From the IMG/VR virus record IMGVR_UViG_3300028802_000011, positions 2,873 through 66,872 of that record: a DNA stretch of 64,000 nucleotides; one strand, written 5' to 3'. Position numbers and translations under genes: made by a program. The DNA is from a virus. Under the pieces are notes generated by a model. It made no database searches. It was not told the DNA's origin and was given only the letters and a program-made list of their open reading frames with translations. This document shows positions 9,723-19,273 of the stretch, one piece after another; position 1 is the first letter of the stretch; each line of letters starts with the position of its first letter.

Positions 9723-10145
9723 ATGCCCGACGCAATTTCCGCACAAGGAACGTTGGTCGCGAGAGCGCCGGCGGCGACGCCCACGGTTTTCACCACGATC
9801 GCCGAGCTCCGCGATATCACGCCTCCGCCCCTCACTCGGAACCCCATCGAGACGACTTCGCACAACGAAGCGGAGGAGTCGTTCGTCGTTGGGATCCGAC
9901 GCAAGGGAGAGTTCACCTTCAGCATCGGTTATGTCGGGTCGCTCGCCACGCATAACGAAGCGACGGGTCTCACGAAGGCCTGGCTCGACGGGAGCCGCGA
10001 CATCTACAAGATCACGTTCCCGGACAACACGATCTGGTTGTTCTCCGGCTACGTCACGAACATCGCCCCGTCCGCACCGGTCGACGACGGCTTGACGGCC
10101 GACGTCACGATCCGTCCGACCGGGATCATGACGATCACGAGCTAA
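9723..10145 (+). CDS. Major tail tube protein
   Basis: IAELRDITPP..TRNPIETTSH, YKITFPD, FSGYVT, TADVTIRPTG resemble siphovirus tail tubes; strong RBS. Confidence 0.85.
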   Translation: MPDAISAQGTLVARAPAATPTVFTTIAELRDITPPPLTRNPIETTSHNEAEESFVVGIRRKGEFTFSIGYVGSLATHNEATGLTKAWLDGSRDIYKITFPDNTIWLFSGYVTNIAPSAPVDDGLTADVTIRPTGIMTITS

Positions 10146-10161
10146 ACAAGGAGGACATGAC

Positions 10162-10524
10162 GTGCCCAAAATTCTCTCCGCCGCAGACATCGTCGCCGCC
10201 AAGGACCTCAGTCACATTGACGTCGAGGTCCCTGAGTGGGGAGGCAGCGTTCGCCTTCGTACTCTCGACGGCGACCAGTTCGTTCAGTTCGTCGAGGCCA
10301 GCAAAGGACGTGTGAACACCGCACAGGCCCTGAAGCTGATCGCGATGTCTCTGGTTGACGAAGAGGGGAACACTCTCTTCAAGACGGAGGAGGACTTCGC
10401 AGCCTTCGCCAAGAAAAACATGCAGGCGATTCTCAAACTTCAGGACGCTGCGATGAAGCTGAACGGAATCGAGGTCATCAAGGAAAAGGCGGAGAAGAAT
10501 GAGGCCGAGGTAAAAAACGCCTGA
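10162..10524 (+). CDS. Tail assembly chaperone (gpG-like)
   Basis: VEVPEWGGSVRLR motif; between tube and tape measure; ends at a slippery site. Confidence 0.85.
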   Translation: MPKILSAADIVAAKDLSHIDVEVPEWGGSVRLRTLDGDQFVQFVEASKGRVNTAQALKLIAMSLVDEEGNTLFKTEEDFAAFAKKNMQAILKLQDAAMKLNGIEVIKEKAEKNEAEVKNA

Positions 10525-10564
10525 GGCGAGGGAGTGTGCGCCGGTTCGCATACTCCCTTGCCTT
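10512..10564 (+). promoter_or_regulatory. Programmed -1 ribosomal frameshift signal
   Basis: A AAA AAC heptamer (10512-10518) followed by an 18-bp stem (10523-10540 pairing 10547-10564, with G-U pairs); the -1 frame runs into ORF 10536-10874. Confidence 0.85.
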
Positions 10565-10874
10565 ACGCCTTGGATATCCAAACGTGGATCACATGCTCCG
10601 GCAGATGTCGTCGCTTCAGTTGCAAGAGTGGATGGTCTACAACGAACTTGACCCGATAGGAGAGGAACGTAAGGACCAGAGGGCAGGTGCAATCGTCTCG
10701 GCAGTCTACAACGTGAATCGCAGCAAGAAACGCAGGGCTTCGCCATTCACTATCCAAGAGTGTTCTCCGATGTTCGGGGATGCAGTCAGAACTCACGGAG
10801 ACGGAAAGAAGATGCCCTGGCAGATGATGAAGCAAATCGCGATGGCCTTGACGGCTTCTTCTAGGGGAAAGTAA
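10536..10874 (+). CDS. Tail assembly chaperone frameshift extension (gpT-like)
   Basis: In the -1 frame of the upstream gene; MSSLQLQEWMVY..LDPIG motif. Confidence 0.8.
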   Translation: MRRFAYSLALRLGYPNVDHMLRQMSSLQLQEWMVYNELDPIGEERKDQRAGAIVSAVYNVNRSKKRRASPFTIQECSPMFGDAVRTHGDGKKMPWQMMKQIAMALTASSRGK

Positions 10875-10877
10875 CAG

Positions 10878-13826
10878 ATGGCTCTCAGCATTGCCGAACT
10901 CGTAGGAACAGTCGAGCTCGAGGACAAGTTCACACCTGGTCTCGACAAACTGACCGGGAGTATGGTCAGTGCTGGAGCCGTCATCGGTGTTGCAATCGCT
11001 GCCGTTACGGGTTTGACAGTTGCAATTGTCAAGCTCGGCGAGCGCGGTGCCGAGATCGAGGACGTTGCAAGGAACTTCGAGGGCCTTTCCATGAGGGTCA
11101 ACGAAACAGCAGACGCGATGCTGGGAGCCTTGCGCAAGGGTACAGCCGGTGTCGTGAGCGACTTCGAGCTCATGAAGATGTCGAACAAAGCGATGGGCGC
11201 CGGCTTCCAGGGCTCTGCGAAAGACATGGAGACTCTGGCAGCCGGCGCACGTGAGCTCGCCAATCGCGTCGGGCTCGAGGGAGGTACTGCCGCCGCGTTC
11301 GACTTGCTCACCTCCTCGATGGCGAAGGGCAAAGCTCAGGGCCTGGCGCAGCTCGGCCTCATGGTCGATCAGAAGGCTGCTCTCGAGAACTACGCTGCGT
11401 CCATTGGCAAGAGTGCTAGTGAACTTAGTGGCCTCGAGAAGAAGCAGGCCACACAGAAAGCAGTGCTCGAGGCTTTGGCAGGTACTCTGAAGGACGCAGG
11501 AACACAGAGCCTGGACTTCAGCGAGAAGATAGGCCGAGTAGTTACCTTCGTTCAAAACTTCGTAGACAAACTGGCGCTAGCAATTAGCAAATCGCCAGTG
11601 CTGAACGCCGCACTTGACTCGATGGCGAAGGCCTTCGAGACTGCGTTTGGTGATGACCAGAGTGCTGCGATTTCGTTCATCGTTGGCCTGGTCGAAGACT
11701 TCGCCATCATCATGGTGAAAGTTGCTGAAGCAACTGTCACTGGAGTGAAGTTCATCTCTGACGCTTGGATGTTGTTCGACGTCGCTTTCAACTTGATCAT
11801 GACGGGAGTCTTCGCGATCTCGGCGAAATTCATCACGACACTCGAGTCGATGTTGCAGGCCTCCCTCAAACTGGCGCAGTCTGTTCTGGCAATTGCACAG
11901 GCAGGACAGGCCATCCCTGGAATCGGCGGGGCGATGACCGTCGCCGCCGCTGGATTGTCAGTTGCAATCGGTGGGATCAAGAGCGATCTTGGATCCATCA
12001 AGGGAATGGGTGCTGATCTCGAGGGGATGGCGGATGGTTTCGCAAAGAACGTAGATAAGGCTTTTGCTGATTCAGACAAACGTGCAGAAGGTCTTGACAA
12101 TCTCAGCAAGGGGCTCAAAGGTTTCCGTGAAGGAATGGAAGCCGCGAAGGGAACTGCTGAGAAGGCGACTGCTCCAACAAAGGCCTTCGCCGCTGCTGTT
12201 GACACGCTTGGTGAAACGACAGCTCAAACTGCCGAGAAGCAAAAGAAGCTTCTCGAGGTGATGAATCGTCTTGGCCCGAGCACGATGAGCATCGAGAAGG
12301 ACTTCGATGACCTCATTGAATCCTTCAATGCTTTGGGTGGGGATCTTACCAAACTAACAGACAAGCAACTGGTCACTTTCATCCAGAAGTTGCAGGTCAT
12401 GGCCGAGAGTGGATCAGCCACAGAGCCCGTCTTCATGTCCTTGGCCGCTGCCATGGACGAGATGGGAGGACGCAGTGACTTCGCTGCTAAGCAAGTTGGA
12501 TTGCTCGGCAGCGAAATGAAGAAGACTGAGACTAAGACGAAGGCTGTCGCGGATCAAACTCTCACTCTTGGGATGGCCTTCGACACAGTTGCTGACATCG
12601 TTGGCGCTCTCGGATTCAGCACCGATTCGTTCCTTGGGAGCTTGGCGAATGGTCTCAAGCAGGCCATCGGCCTTGCTGGCAATCTCGGCAAGACATTCGC
12701 CGTGATGGAGAACGGCGTCCAAGTAGGAACGAAGGGCTTCGGCGCGTTGAGTATGGGCGATAAGCTCGGCGTTGGAACACAAGTCCTCGGCGCTGGCATT
12801 GACATATTCAAGGGAGGCCAGCAACAGGGAGCAGTGAAGGGAGCTCTCGGCGGTGCCATGAAGGGAGCCATGATCGGCTCTGCCATTCCTGGAGTTGGAA
12901 CTCTACTTGGAGCAGGAGCAGGTGCCCTCCTCGGAGGGATCGGCGGATTGTTCGGTGGAGGCGAAGGCAAGAAAGTCAAGGAAGGACGAAATCAGTTTAT
13001 CGAGGAGCAGGGGGGACTTGAGCAACTTCAAAGACGTGCAGAGGCTGCCAACGTTAGTCTGACTGCTCTCTTTGATGCAAAGAAAACTGCTCAACTGAAA
13101 CAGGCCATCACGGATATCAACTCACAGTTGAGTACATCTGAGGGCGCTCATGCTGCCCTTGCCGATGCAGTTGAACGATACGGGTTCACGGTCGAGGAGC
13201 TTGGCCCAAAGTGGCAGGCTCAGCAACTTGACTCGATGGCCGGTAGTCTGCTTCAGGACTATCAACTCCTCATTGCGAGCGGCATCGAGAACGAAACTGT
13301 CATCAATCGGATGGGACCGGCGTTCAACGAGTACGTCCAGACTGTACTCGCATCCGGAGCTGCTATTCCCGAAGCGATGCGTCCCATTCTCGAAGACATG
13401 GTCGAGATGGGAACTCTTACTGATGCTGCTGGCAACAAGATCGAGTCCTTGGAAGGCATCAAGTTCGCCGAGTCGATGAGTGATCAGCTGTCCAAGATTG
13501 TCGAAGGCATTCAGCAGATGGTTGCTGCACTCACTGGGATCCCCAACGTTGAGAGAACAGTAACTGTCAGAACTGTCCACGACGATGGTGGAGCAAACGG
13601 GAACATGAAGGTTCCTGGAATGGCAACGGGAGGCCTCGTCACTAGGCCGACTCTGGCAGTTGTTGGTGAGGCAGGCCCTGAGGCTGTGATCCCATTGGAC
13701 AAGCTTCACGAGATGCAGGGTTCAGGCGGAGGAGGTATCACGAGGGCGGACATGCAATCTATGATGACGGCGCAGCGCCGTCAGCTCACACTCGCCATCA
13801 GAGACGCACTGATCCAGAGTAGGTGA
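10878..13826 (+). CDS. Tape measure protein
   Basis: 982 aa, Ala/Gly-rich helical; C-terminal MATGGLVTRPTLAVVGEAGPEAVIPL. Confidence 0.92.
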   Translation: MALSIAELVGTVELEDKFTPGLDKLTGSMVSAGAVIGVAIAAVTGLTVAIVKLGERGAEIEDVARNFEGLSMRVNETADAMLGALRKGTAGVVSDFELMKMSNKAMGAGFQGSAKDMETLAAGARELANRVGLEGGTAAAFDLLTSSMAKGKAQGLAQLGLMVDQKAALENYAASIGKSASELSGLEKKQATQKAVLEALAGTLKDAGTQSLDFSEKIGRVVTFVQNFVDKLALAISKSPVLNAALDSMAKAFETAFGDDQSAAISFIVGLVEDFAIIMVKVAEATVTGVKFISDAWMLFDVAFNLIMTGVFAISAKFITTLESMLQASLKLAQSVLAIAQAGQAIPGIGGAMTVAAAGLSVAIGGIKSDLGSIKGMGADLEGMADGFAKNVDKAFADSDKRAEGLDNLSKGLKGFREGMEAAKGTAEKATAPTKAFAAAVDTLGETTAQTAEKQKKLLEVMNRLGPSTMSIEKDFDDLIESFNALGGDLTKLTDKQLVTFIQKLQVMAESGSATEPVFMSLAAAMDEMGGRSDFAAKQVGLLGSEMKKTETKTKAVADQTLTLGMAFDTVADIVGALGFSTDSFLGSLANGLKQAIGLAGNLGKTFAVMENGVQVGTKGFGALSMGDKLGVGTQVLGAGIDIFKGGQQQGAVKGALGGAMKGAMIGSAIPGVGTLLGAGAGALLGGIGGLFGGGEGKKVKEGRNQFIEEQGGLEQLQRRAEAANVSLTALFDAKKTAQLKQAITDINSQLSTSEGAHAALADAVERYGFTVEELGPKWQAQQLDSMAGSLLQDYQLLIASGIENETVINRMGPAFNEYVQTVLASGAAIPEAMRPILEDMVEMGTLTDAAGNKIESLEGIKFAESMSDQLSKIVEGIQQMVAALTGIPNVERTVTVRTVHDDGGANGNMKVPGMATGGLVTRPTLAVVGEAGPEAVIPLDKLHEMQGSGGGGITRADMQSMMTAQRRQLTLAIRDALIQSR

Positions 13827-13827
13827 C

Positions 13828-15462
13828 ATGTTCGACCCTGTCTTTCCTGAAGATGTCAAGGTCTGGGCGGATCTTGGATCCGGTTTTGTCCAGATCCCTG
13901 ATGTAGATCTCAGTTCGCCGATAAGTATTCAACGAGGGAACCAAGGAACATCTCTTGTTGACATCATGGCAACTACAGGGTCAGCCTCTTTTGACCTTGA
14001 CAATAGTACTGACAATAGCGCCGGCCTGCTCGGACTATACTCGATCAACAATATCAACACCCTCCCGGGATGGCATCCAGGAATCCCGATTAAGCTCACT
14101 GTCAGATTCTTGGCGGTTGACGAGCCCATCTTTTTCGGCAAGATGGTTTCGGCTGAGCCGCAGTCAGGAAAATATGGGAACCGGAAGGTCACTGTCAACT
14201 GCGTTGACTGGATGGAAGAAGCGGCGACAGCGAAGGCATCGGGAATCCCGGTCCAAATCAACAAGAGGTCGGACGAGATCTTTGCGCTCCTTCTTGAAGT
14301 CATCGAGCGGCAGCCGGTAGCAACACAGATCGGCATCGGCGCCGATACTTACCCGTACGCTCTTGATAATGCGCTTGACGGTGACATCAACGTGATGTCT
14401 GAGTGGCAGCGGCTGCTCGACTCCGAACGGGGATACGCTTTCGTGAAGAGGAACGGAACCCTGGTATACCAGGGCCGGCATCGTCGCACGAATCTGTTCT
14501 CTCTTTCGGCCACAATAACAGACGAAGACATCATGAACGTTGACACTTCTCGGGGGATCGAGGAGGTCTATAACAAGGCACAGGTACAATCTCATCCGCG
14601 GCGTGTTGACGCACTCGCAACGTCCATCTTGTTCAGCCTGGCGTCAAAGCCGCGTATCGAGAGGAACACCTCCTCGAACTTTAACGCTCCGTATCGGGAT
14701 CCTTCCGCGCGTGCTACGCGCGCGGGCGGTCTCAACATGGTCACGCCAGTCATCACGACGGACTACACTTTCAACTCTCTAGAAGATGGAAGTGGCACAG
14801 ACCTCACGCATCAACTTGATGTTACGATCCCGAATGGATTCGGAGGTAACAGTGCAGACGTTCTAGTCTTTAACAACGGTCCTCAAGACGGATTCCTGAC
14901 GAAGCTTCAACTTCGTGGGCGCGGTGTCTACGACTACGAGACGGTTCTGTCCGAAGCCGAGAGCATGGCTTCGCGAGTGAAGTATGGCCTGCGTGAGTTC
15001 ACGTTGGATCAACCTTACCAGAGTGATCCGCTTGTCTCCGAGGACACTGCGCATTTCATCGTTGCGCAAACTAAGCACCTCATCACTCAGGTTCGTGGAG
15101 TTTCGTTCATCGGAAACAGGGAAGAGCGCCTCATGCGCTATGCCCTGCAAGTCGACATCGGTGACCGGGTCCATGTTGAAGAGACAATGGTTGGCACTGT
15201 ACCTGTCACTCCTGTCGATGAACCTCAAGCTGTGAGTGCTCTCGAGTTCTTTGTCAACGCGGTGACGTTGACAATTGTCGAAGGCCCGATGGTCTACTGT
15301 ACTTGGGGACTGGTGCCGGCCGATCCATTCAACTACTGGATCTTGGAGCGCACTGGATTCACCGAACTGGACTTTACGACGAGGTTGGCCTATGGCTCCT
15401 TCGTCGCCGGCTGGGTCCTTGATGAGAGTGAGCTTGGAAGTGGAACGCGGGTCAACCCGTAA
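13828..15462 (+). CDS. Minor tail / tail-tip hub protein
   Basis: Follows the tape measure; beta-rich 544 aa; VDIGDRVHV motif. Confidence 0.7.
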   Translation: MFDPVFPEDVKVWADLGSGFVQIPDVDLSSPISIQRGNQGTSLVDIMATTGSASFDLDNSTDNSAGLLGLYSINNINTLPGWHPGIPIKLTVRFLAVDEPIFFGKMVSAEPQSGKYGNRKVTVNCVDWMEEAATAKASGIPVQINKRSDEIFALLLEVIERQPVATQIGIGADTYPYALDNALDGDINVMSEWQRLLDSERGYAFVKRNGTLVYQGRHRRTNLFSLSATITDEDIMNVDTSRGIEEVYNKAQVQSHPRRVDALATSILFSLASKPRIERNTSSNFNAPYRDPSARATRAGGLNMVTPVITTDYTFNSLEDGSGTDLTHQLDVTIPNGFGGNSADVLVFNNGPQDGFLTKLQLRGRGVYDYETVLSEAESMASRVKYGLREFTLDQPYQSDPLVSEDTAHFIVAQTKHLITQVRGVSFIGNREERLMRYALQVDIGDRVHVEETMVGTVPVTPVDEPQAVSALEFFVNAVTLTIVEGPMVYCTWGLVPADPFNYWILERTGFTELDFTTRLAYGSFVAGWVLDESELGSGTRVNP

Positions 15463-15474
15463 GGAGATGTACTG

Positions 15475-15762
15475 ATGGCCTGGACTACTCCACGAACGTG
15501 GCTGGCAGGTGAGCTCGTCAAGGAAGGCGATCTCAACGCACAGATCCGTGACAACCAAACTATCTTGAAGACGCCCATCACTGATGCTGGAAAGATCGTG
15601 GCGTTGAGCTCGACCTACTTGGCAGATCTCAGTGGTTCGAACTTGACCGGCGTCGCGAAGCTTGCGGCGGCGAACACGCATACCGCAGGTGTGAACACCT
15701 TCAACGGAGGCGCTGGCGTCCGCGTGATCCTTCCTGTAGGTGCGGATAAGTGGGCGACCTAA
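15475..15762 (+). CDS. Short tail-fibre-like protein (MAWTTPRTW paralog 1)
   Basis: Aligns over its full length with the N-terminus of the next ORF. Confidence 0.7.
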   Translation: MAWTTPRTWLAGELVKEGDLNAQIRDNQTILKTPITDAGKIVALSSTYLADLSGSNLTGVAKLAAANTHTAGVNTFNGGAGVRVILPVGADKWAT

Positions 15763-16734
15763 ATGGCTTGGACCACTCCTAGAACGTGGGTCGACGGGGA
15801 AATCGTAACTGCCGCGATGATGAATGCACACATTCGCGACAACTACGGTATCCTCAAACTACCTATCAACGACGACGGCCGGTTCCTTGGGCTGAGCTCT
15901 GCCACTCTTGCTGACTTGGACGGCACGAACCTCACCGGTCTGGTAAAGCCCGGCTCCTCGAACTCTCACACTGCCGGTGTCAATGACTTCAACGGAGGAA
16001 GTGCCACCAGATTCGTTCTGCCAGTTGGCACAGACAAGTTCGACGGTACTGGTGGGAACAAAACGGCTGGCTCTAAGTGGGTAGAAGGTGACTACCTACA
16101 TCACGTAGCTAGCAATCAGAACGAGTGGCGCTATCCTGGCGTTTTCGTTAGCACTCCCGGGGGAGCTGTCATTGGAAGTTACTGGATCGAATCCAACGAA
16201 GAGCATTACATAGACGCTGACGGTGACGAGCGCAAGATTACTGGCACTGCGACGGGGATGCACAACGACGTCCTTGCGCGCGCTGGTAGTGTGTGGGTCG
16301 AAACTTATCAGCACTTCGTTGGATCTGCAGGAGTTCAAGAGTACCAGAGTCACGATGATCTTCATGGGGATTCTGCACCGAGTCACAACGATGCACATTC
16401 CGACGGTCATGATGATACTCACGGCGATGGTGGTGCAGGCCACGATGACTCCCACTCTGATGGGCACGATGACAATCATGGTGACACTCACGACGATGTT
16501 GCTCATGACGACTTCCATCAGGATCACGACGACGAAGTAATCCATGATGACAATCACACTGACACACATGACGACGATCACAGTGACACTCACGACGATA
16601 ACCACGGTGACAGTCATGGGGACTCCGTGGATCACGACGACGCGCACAACGATGACCACAGTGACAGTCACGGCGACGGGATTGTAGGACACATTGACAC
16701 GCACGGCGACGCTCCTGAAAGTATTGGCACATGA
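15763..16734 (+). CDS. Tail-fibre-like protein with C-terminal His-x-Asp repeat tract (MAWTTPRTW paralog 2); candidate substrate of the adjacent radical SAM enzyme
   Basis: Anchor-type N-terminus, three GSxW[VI]E..H repeats, then 27 HxD motifs. Confidence 0.75.
   Translation: MAWTTPRTWVDGEIVTAAMMNAHIRDNYGILKLPINDDGRFLGLSSATLADLDGTNLTGLVKPGSSNSHTAGVNDFNGGSATRFVLPVGTDKFDGTGGNKTAGSKWVEGDYLHHVASNQNEWRYPGVFVSTPGGAVIGSYWIESNEEHYIDADGDERKITGTATGMHNDVLARAGSVWVETYQHFVGSAGVQEYQSHDDLHGDSAPSHNDAHSDGHDDTHGDGGAGHDDSHSDGHDDNHGDTHDDVAHDDFHQDHDDEVIHDDNHTDTHDDDHSDTHDDNHGDSHGDSVDHDDAHNDDHSDSHGDGIVGHIDTHGDAPESIGT
16351..16710 (+). repeat. Coding low-complexity repeat of 27 H-x-D motifs, mostly period 4
   Basis: HDDLHGD..HNDAHSDGHDDTHGD..HIDTHGD; codons vary, so conservation is at the protein level. 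Confidence 0.95.
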
Positions 16735-17960
16735 CATATGAATTGATGCCGTTGAACACACAGTGCAACATCAAGTGCGAGTACTGTTATCAGGAGGGCC
16801 TGCGCGAGAACGAGGAAGACAAGCCCTACTCAATGGAGCGGATGCGGGAAGCTCTGCTGCGCCAGGGCCAGAAGTTTATGGTCTTCGGCGGTGAGCCTCT
16901 GCTAGTTCCCATCGGAGACCTCGAGGAGATCTTCAAGTTGGGCCTCGAGAAGTATGGATCGAACGGCATACAAACTAACGGGTCGCTCATCACGGACGCA
17001 CACATCGCTCTGTTCAAGAGATACAGTGTCTCGGTTGGAATCTCTCTTGACGGTCCTGGTGAGTTGAACGATGCGCGTCGCATCGGTGATCTGGAATCCA
17101 CACGACGAACCACCGAACGCTCTGAAGCGAATCTTCTCCGCTGTATGGAAGAGAAGGTTTGCCGTGGAGTCATCGTCACCCTTCACAAGTTGAACGCCAG
17201 ACCTGACCGGCTGCCTCGTCTGGTTGAGTGGATCAAGTTCCTGTGCGACAAAGGCATGACGAGCGTTCGCTTCCATGCGCTCGAGATCGACAGTGCAGTT
17301 GCAGAGATGCTCGCCCTCAGTGAAGACGATGCAGTCGCAGCAATGTTGACACTGCGAGAACTGTGCATTGAAAAAGATCTCATCGTGCATGAGTTCGCCG
17401 ACATCGCGGCTTTACTGAGAGGCCAGGACAAAGGCGCATCCTGCATCTGGAACGGCTGCGATCCTTGGACGACTCCTGCAGTGAGCGCGCTTGATGGCCA
17501 GGGCGAACGAAAGAACTGCGGCCGCACAAACAAAGATGGCAAGAGCTGGATGAAGGCCTCCAGCCCTGGTCATATGAGACAGTTGATTCTATACAACACT
17601 CCTTACGAAGACGGCGGATGTAAGGGATGCAGGTTCTTTGTGATGTGCAAGGGAAACTGTCCAGGCCACGGTATCGATGGCGACTGGCGCAGCCGGCCTC
17701 GTGACTGCCGTGTTTGGATGAGGCTCTTCGAAGAGACTGAAGCGACGATGCTTCGTCTTGGACAGAAGCCTGTGTCCAAATGGACGAACCTCGCGAAGCT
17801 CGAGGAGGTTATGCTCAAGGAGTGGGCGGCTGGACGTCAGCCGATAGTTGAGGACGGGATCGCCATTCTAAACGGCAAGAAACCAGCCTATTCGTCTGGG
17901 CCTGGCGGTCATATTGATTGGCACAAGGATCACAACGACGCTTCAGGAGCAAATCAATGA
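16731..17960 (+). CDS. Radical SAM/SPASM peptide-maturase-like enzyme
   Basis: CNIKCEYC, FGGEPLL, IQTNG, GISLDGP; C-terminal CIWNGC, NCGR, CKGCRFFVMCKGNCPG, RDC; ATGA overlap with the HxD protein. Confidence 0.92.
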   Translation: MTYELMPLNTQCNIKCEYCYQEGLRENEEDKPYSMERMREALLRQGQKFMVFGGEPLLVPIGDLEEIFKLGLEKYGSNGIQTNGSLITDAHIALFKRYSVSVGISLDGPGELNDARRIGDLESTRRTTERSEANLLRCMEEKVCRGVIVTLHKLNARPDRLPRLVEWIKFLCDKGMTSVRFHALEIDSAVAEMLALSEDDAVAAMLTLRELCIEKDLIVHEFADIAALLRGQDKGASCIWNGCDPWTTPAVSALDGQGERKNCGRTNKDGKSWMKASSPGHMRQLILYNTPYEDGGCKGCRFFVMCKGNCPGHGIDGDWRSRPRDCRVWMRLFEETEATMLRLGQKPVSKWTNLAKLEEVMLKEWAAGRQPIVEDGIAILNGKKPAYSSGPGGHIDWHKDHNDASGANQ

Positions 17961-19273
17961 TTCCCGAATTCTTCCGTGGGCCGATCTGGGTATCCGGTGA
18001 TGCACAGAAGGCCTGGGAGCCGAAGATCAAAACGGCCAGTGCTCTCTGGAACGTTCTCGAGCGCGCGAGCGTGGTTCATAACATTCGCCGCAGCGCTCTC
18101 CTGTCCATATCTGTTAGTGAACTACCAGACCTCGTGAAGGACGTTGACAAGTGTGGACTTGAAGTGACAGTCCTGAACACTACTCACATGTCTGGTTCGT
18201 ACGCGTCCAGTCAAGCAACGTCCGGGCCTCTTGGCCTGAGGGTCGCCCTTCACGGGCCAGGTGATGCGCACGACTGGGTCGAAGCGTTTCATTCCTCCGA
18301 CAACGACGCCATCGGTCACCTCCTCGGATTCCCATCTTGCTGCCGGGAGTTCTTCGAGGAGACTTGGGGGAAGGGAGCCAAGGACTCAACTCTGCAGATG
18401 GCCGGCAGCGACGGACCGAACGCGATCAACATCATGCTGCGCTGGTTGAACGTTCGGCTGGTCCCGCATCTTCCGTGCTCCTTCGATTGTCGCAAGTCGT
18501 TGGACTTCGCCGCCGATATGGTGCAGCTTGCACACAGTCTTGATCTCATTGATCAAGTGGAAACTTCCCTGTCTCTGCTGGGCCTGCCGATGCAGTACAG
18601 CGCTCTTCACGGTGCGATGCAGTTGGTCACACCTGTGTTCAAGTTCGCGGCATCAACGGACTACACTGCCAAGAAGATTACTAAGGAACGGAAAGGTAAG
18701 TTCACAGAGCTTACGCCGATCGTTCTTAGTGACGAGGAACTTGAGGCCAGAGTCAACGGGTTTACTTCAAAGGATGTAATGAATGATTGTCACGATCTCG
18801 TACTGGGTGGAGCGAGATGTGTGGAGAACAGTGACCCTGTTCTGGACCTCGGCTGCGGTGACGGGACACTCGCGGGTATGGTTGCAGGCTACTCGGCTGT
18901 CCCCGTCTACGGAGTAGACCTCAGCGCTGATGCGATCCTCGCTGCGCACAAGAAGTTCCCCGGCGCGAAGGATAACTTCTGGGTTGACAAGTTCCAGTAC
19001 GCATTTGACAGGAACGACGTGATGTATGGCATCACTCTGTTGATGCCAGGCAGGCTCGTTGAGATGAAGGACAGTAACAAGACCAAGCGGTTCTTGGATG
19101 TCCTGTTCGCGCGTTCCAAAGTCGTCATCGCCTATGCGTACTCGGATTGGCTCAAGGATCAAAGCATCGAGGAGCTCTGCAAGAAAGCGGGGATCAGTCG
19201 CCCTCCGGACTTCGTCCTTCAAAACACTGCACCGAAGGCCGGCGTCGCGGTCTACAAGCGGAGGCAGGTATGA
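17957..19273 (+). CDS. Fusion of a Cys-motif domain (DUF483-like) and a class I SAM-dependent methyltransferase
   Basis: GHLLGFPSCC and HLPCSFDC in the N-half; VLDLGCGDG and YGVDLS in the C-half; ATGA overlap. Confidence 0.7.
   Translation: MIPEFFRGPIWVSGDAQKAWEPKIKTASALWNVLERASVVHNIRRSALLSISVSELPDLVKDVDKCGLEVTVLNTTHMSGSYASSQATSGPLGLRVALHGPGDAHDWVEAFHSSDNDAIGHLLGFPSCCREFFEETWGKGAKDSTLQMAGSDGPNAINIMLRWLNVRLVPHLPCSFDCRKSLDFAADMVQLAHSLDLIDQVETSLSLLGLPMQYSALHGAMQLVTPVFKFAASTDYTAKKITKERKGKFTELTPIVLSDEELEARVNGFTSKDVMNDCHDLVLGGARCVENSDPVLDLGCGDGTLAGMVAGYSAVPVYGVDLSADAILAAHKKFPGAKDNFWVDKFQYAFDRNDVMYGITLLMPGRLVEMKDSNKTKRFLDVLFARSKVVIAYAYSDWLKDQSIEELCKKAGISRPPDFVLQNTAPKAGVAVYKRRQV

Noticed and set aside
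16351-16710. Repeat tract as a CRISPR array or DNA-level tandem repeat
   Set aside because: No constant repeat/spacer structure; synonymous codons vary while HxD is kept, so it is a protein repeat
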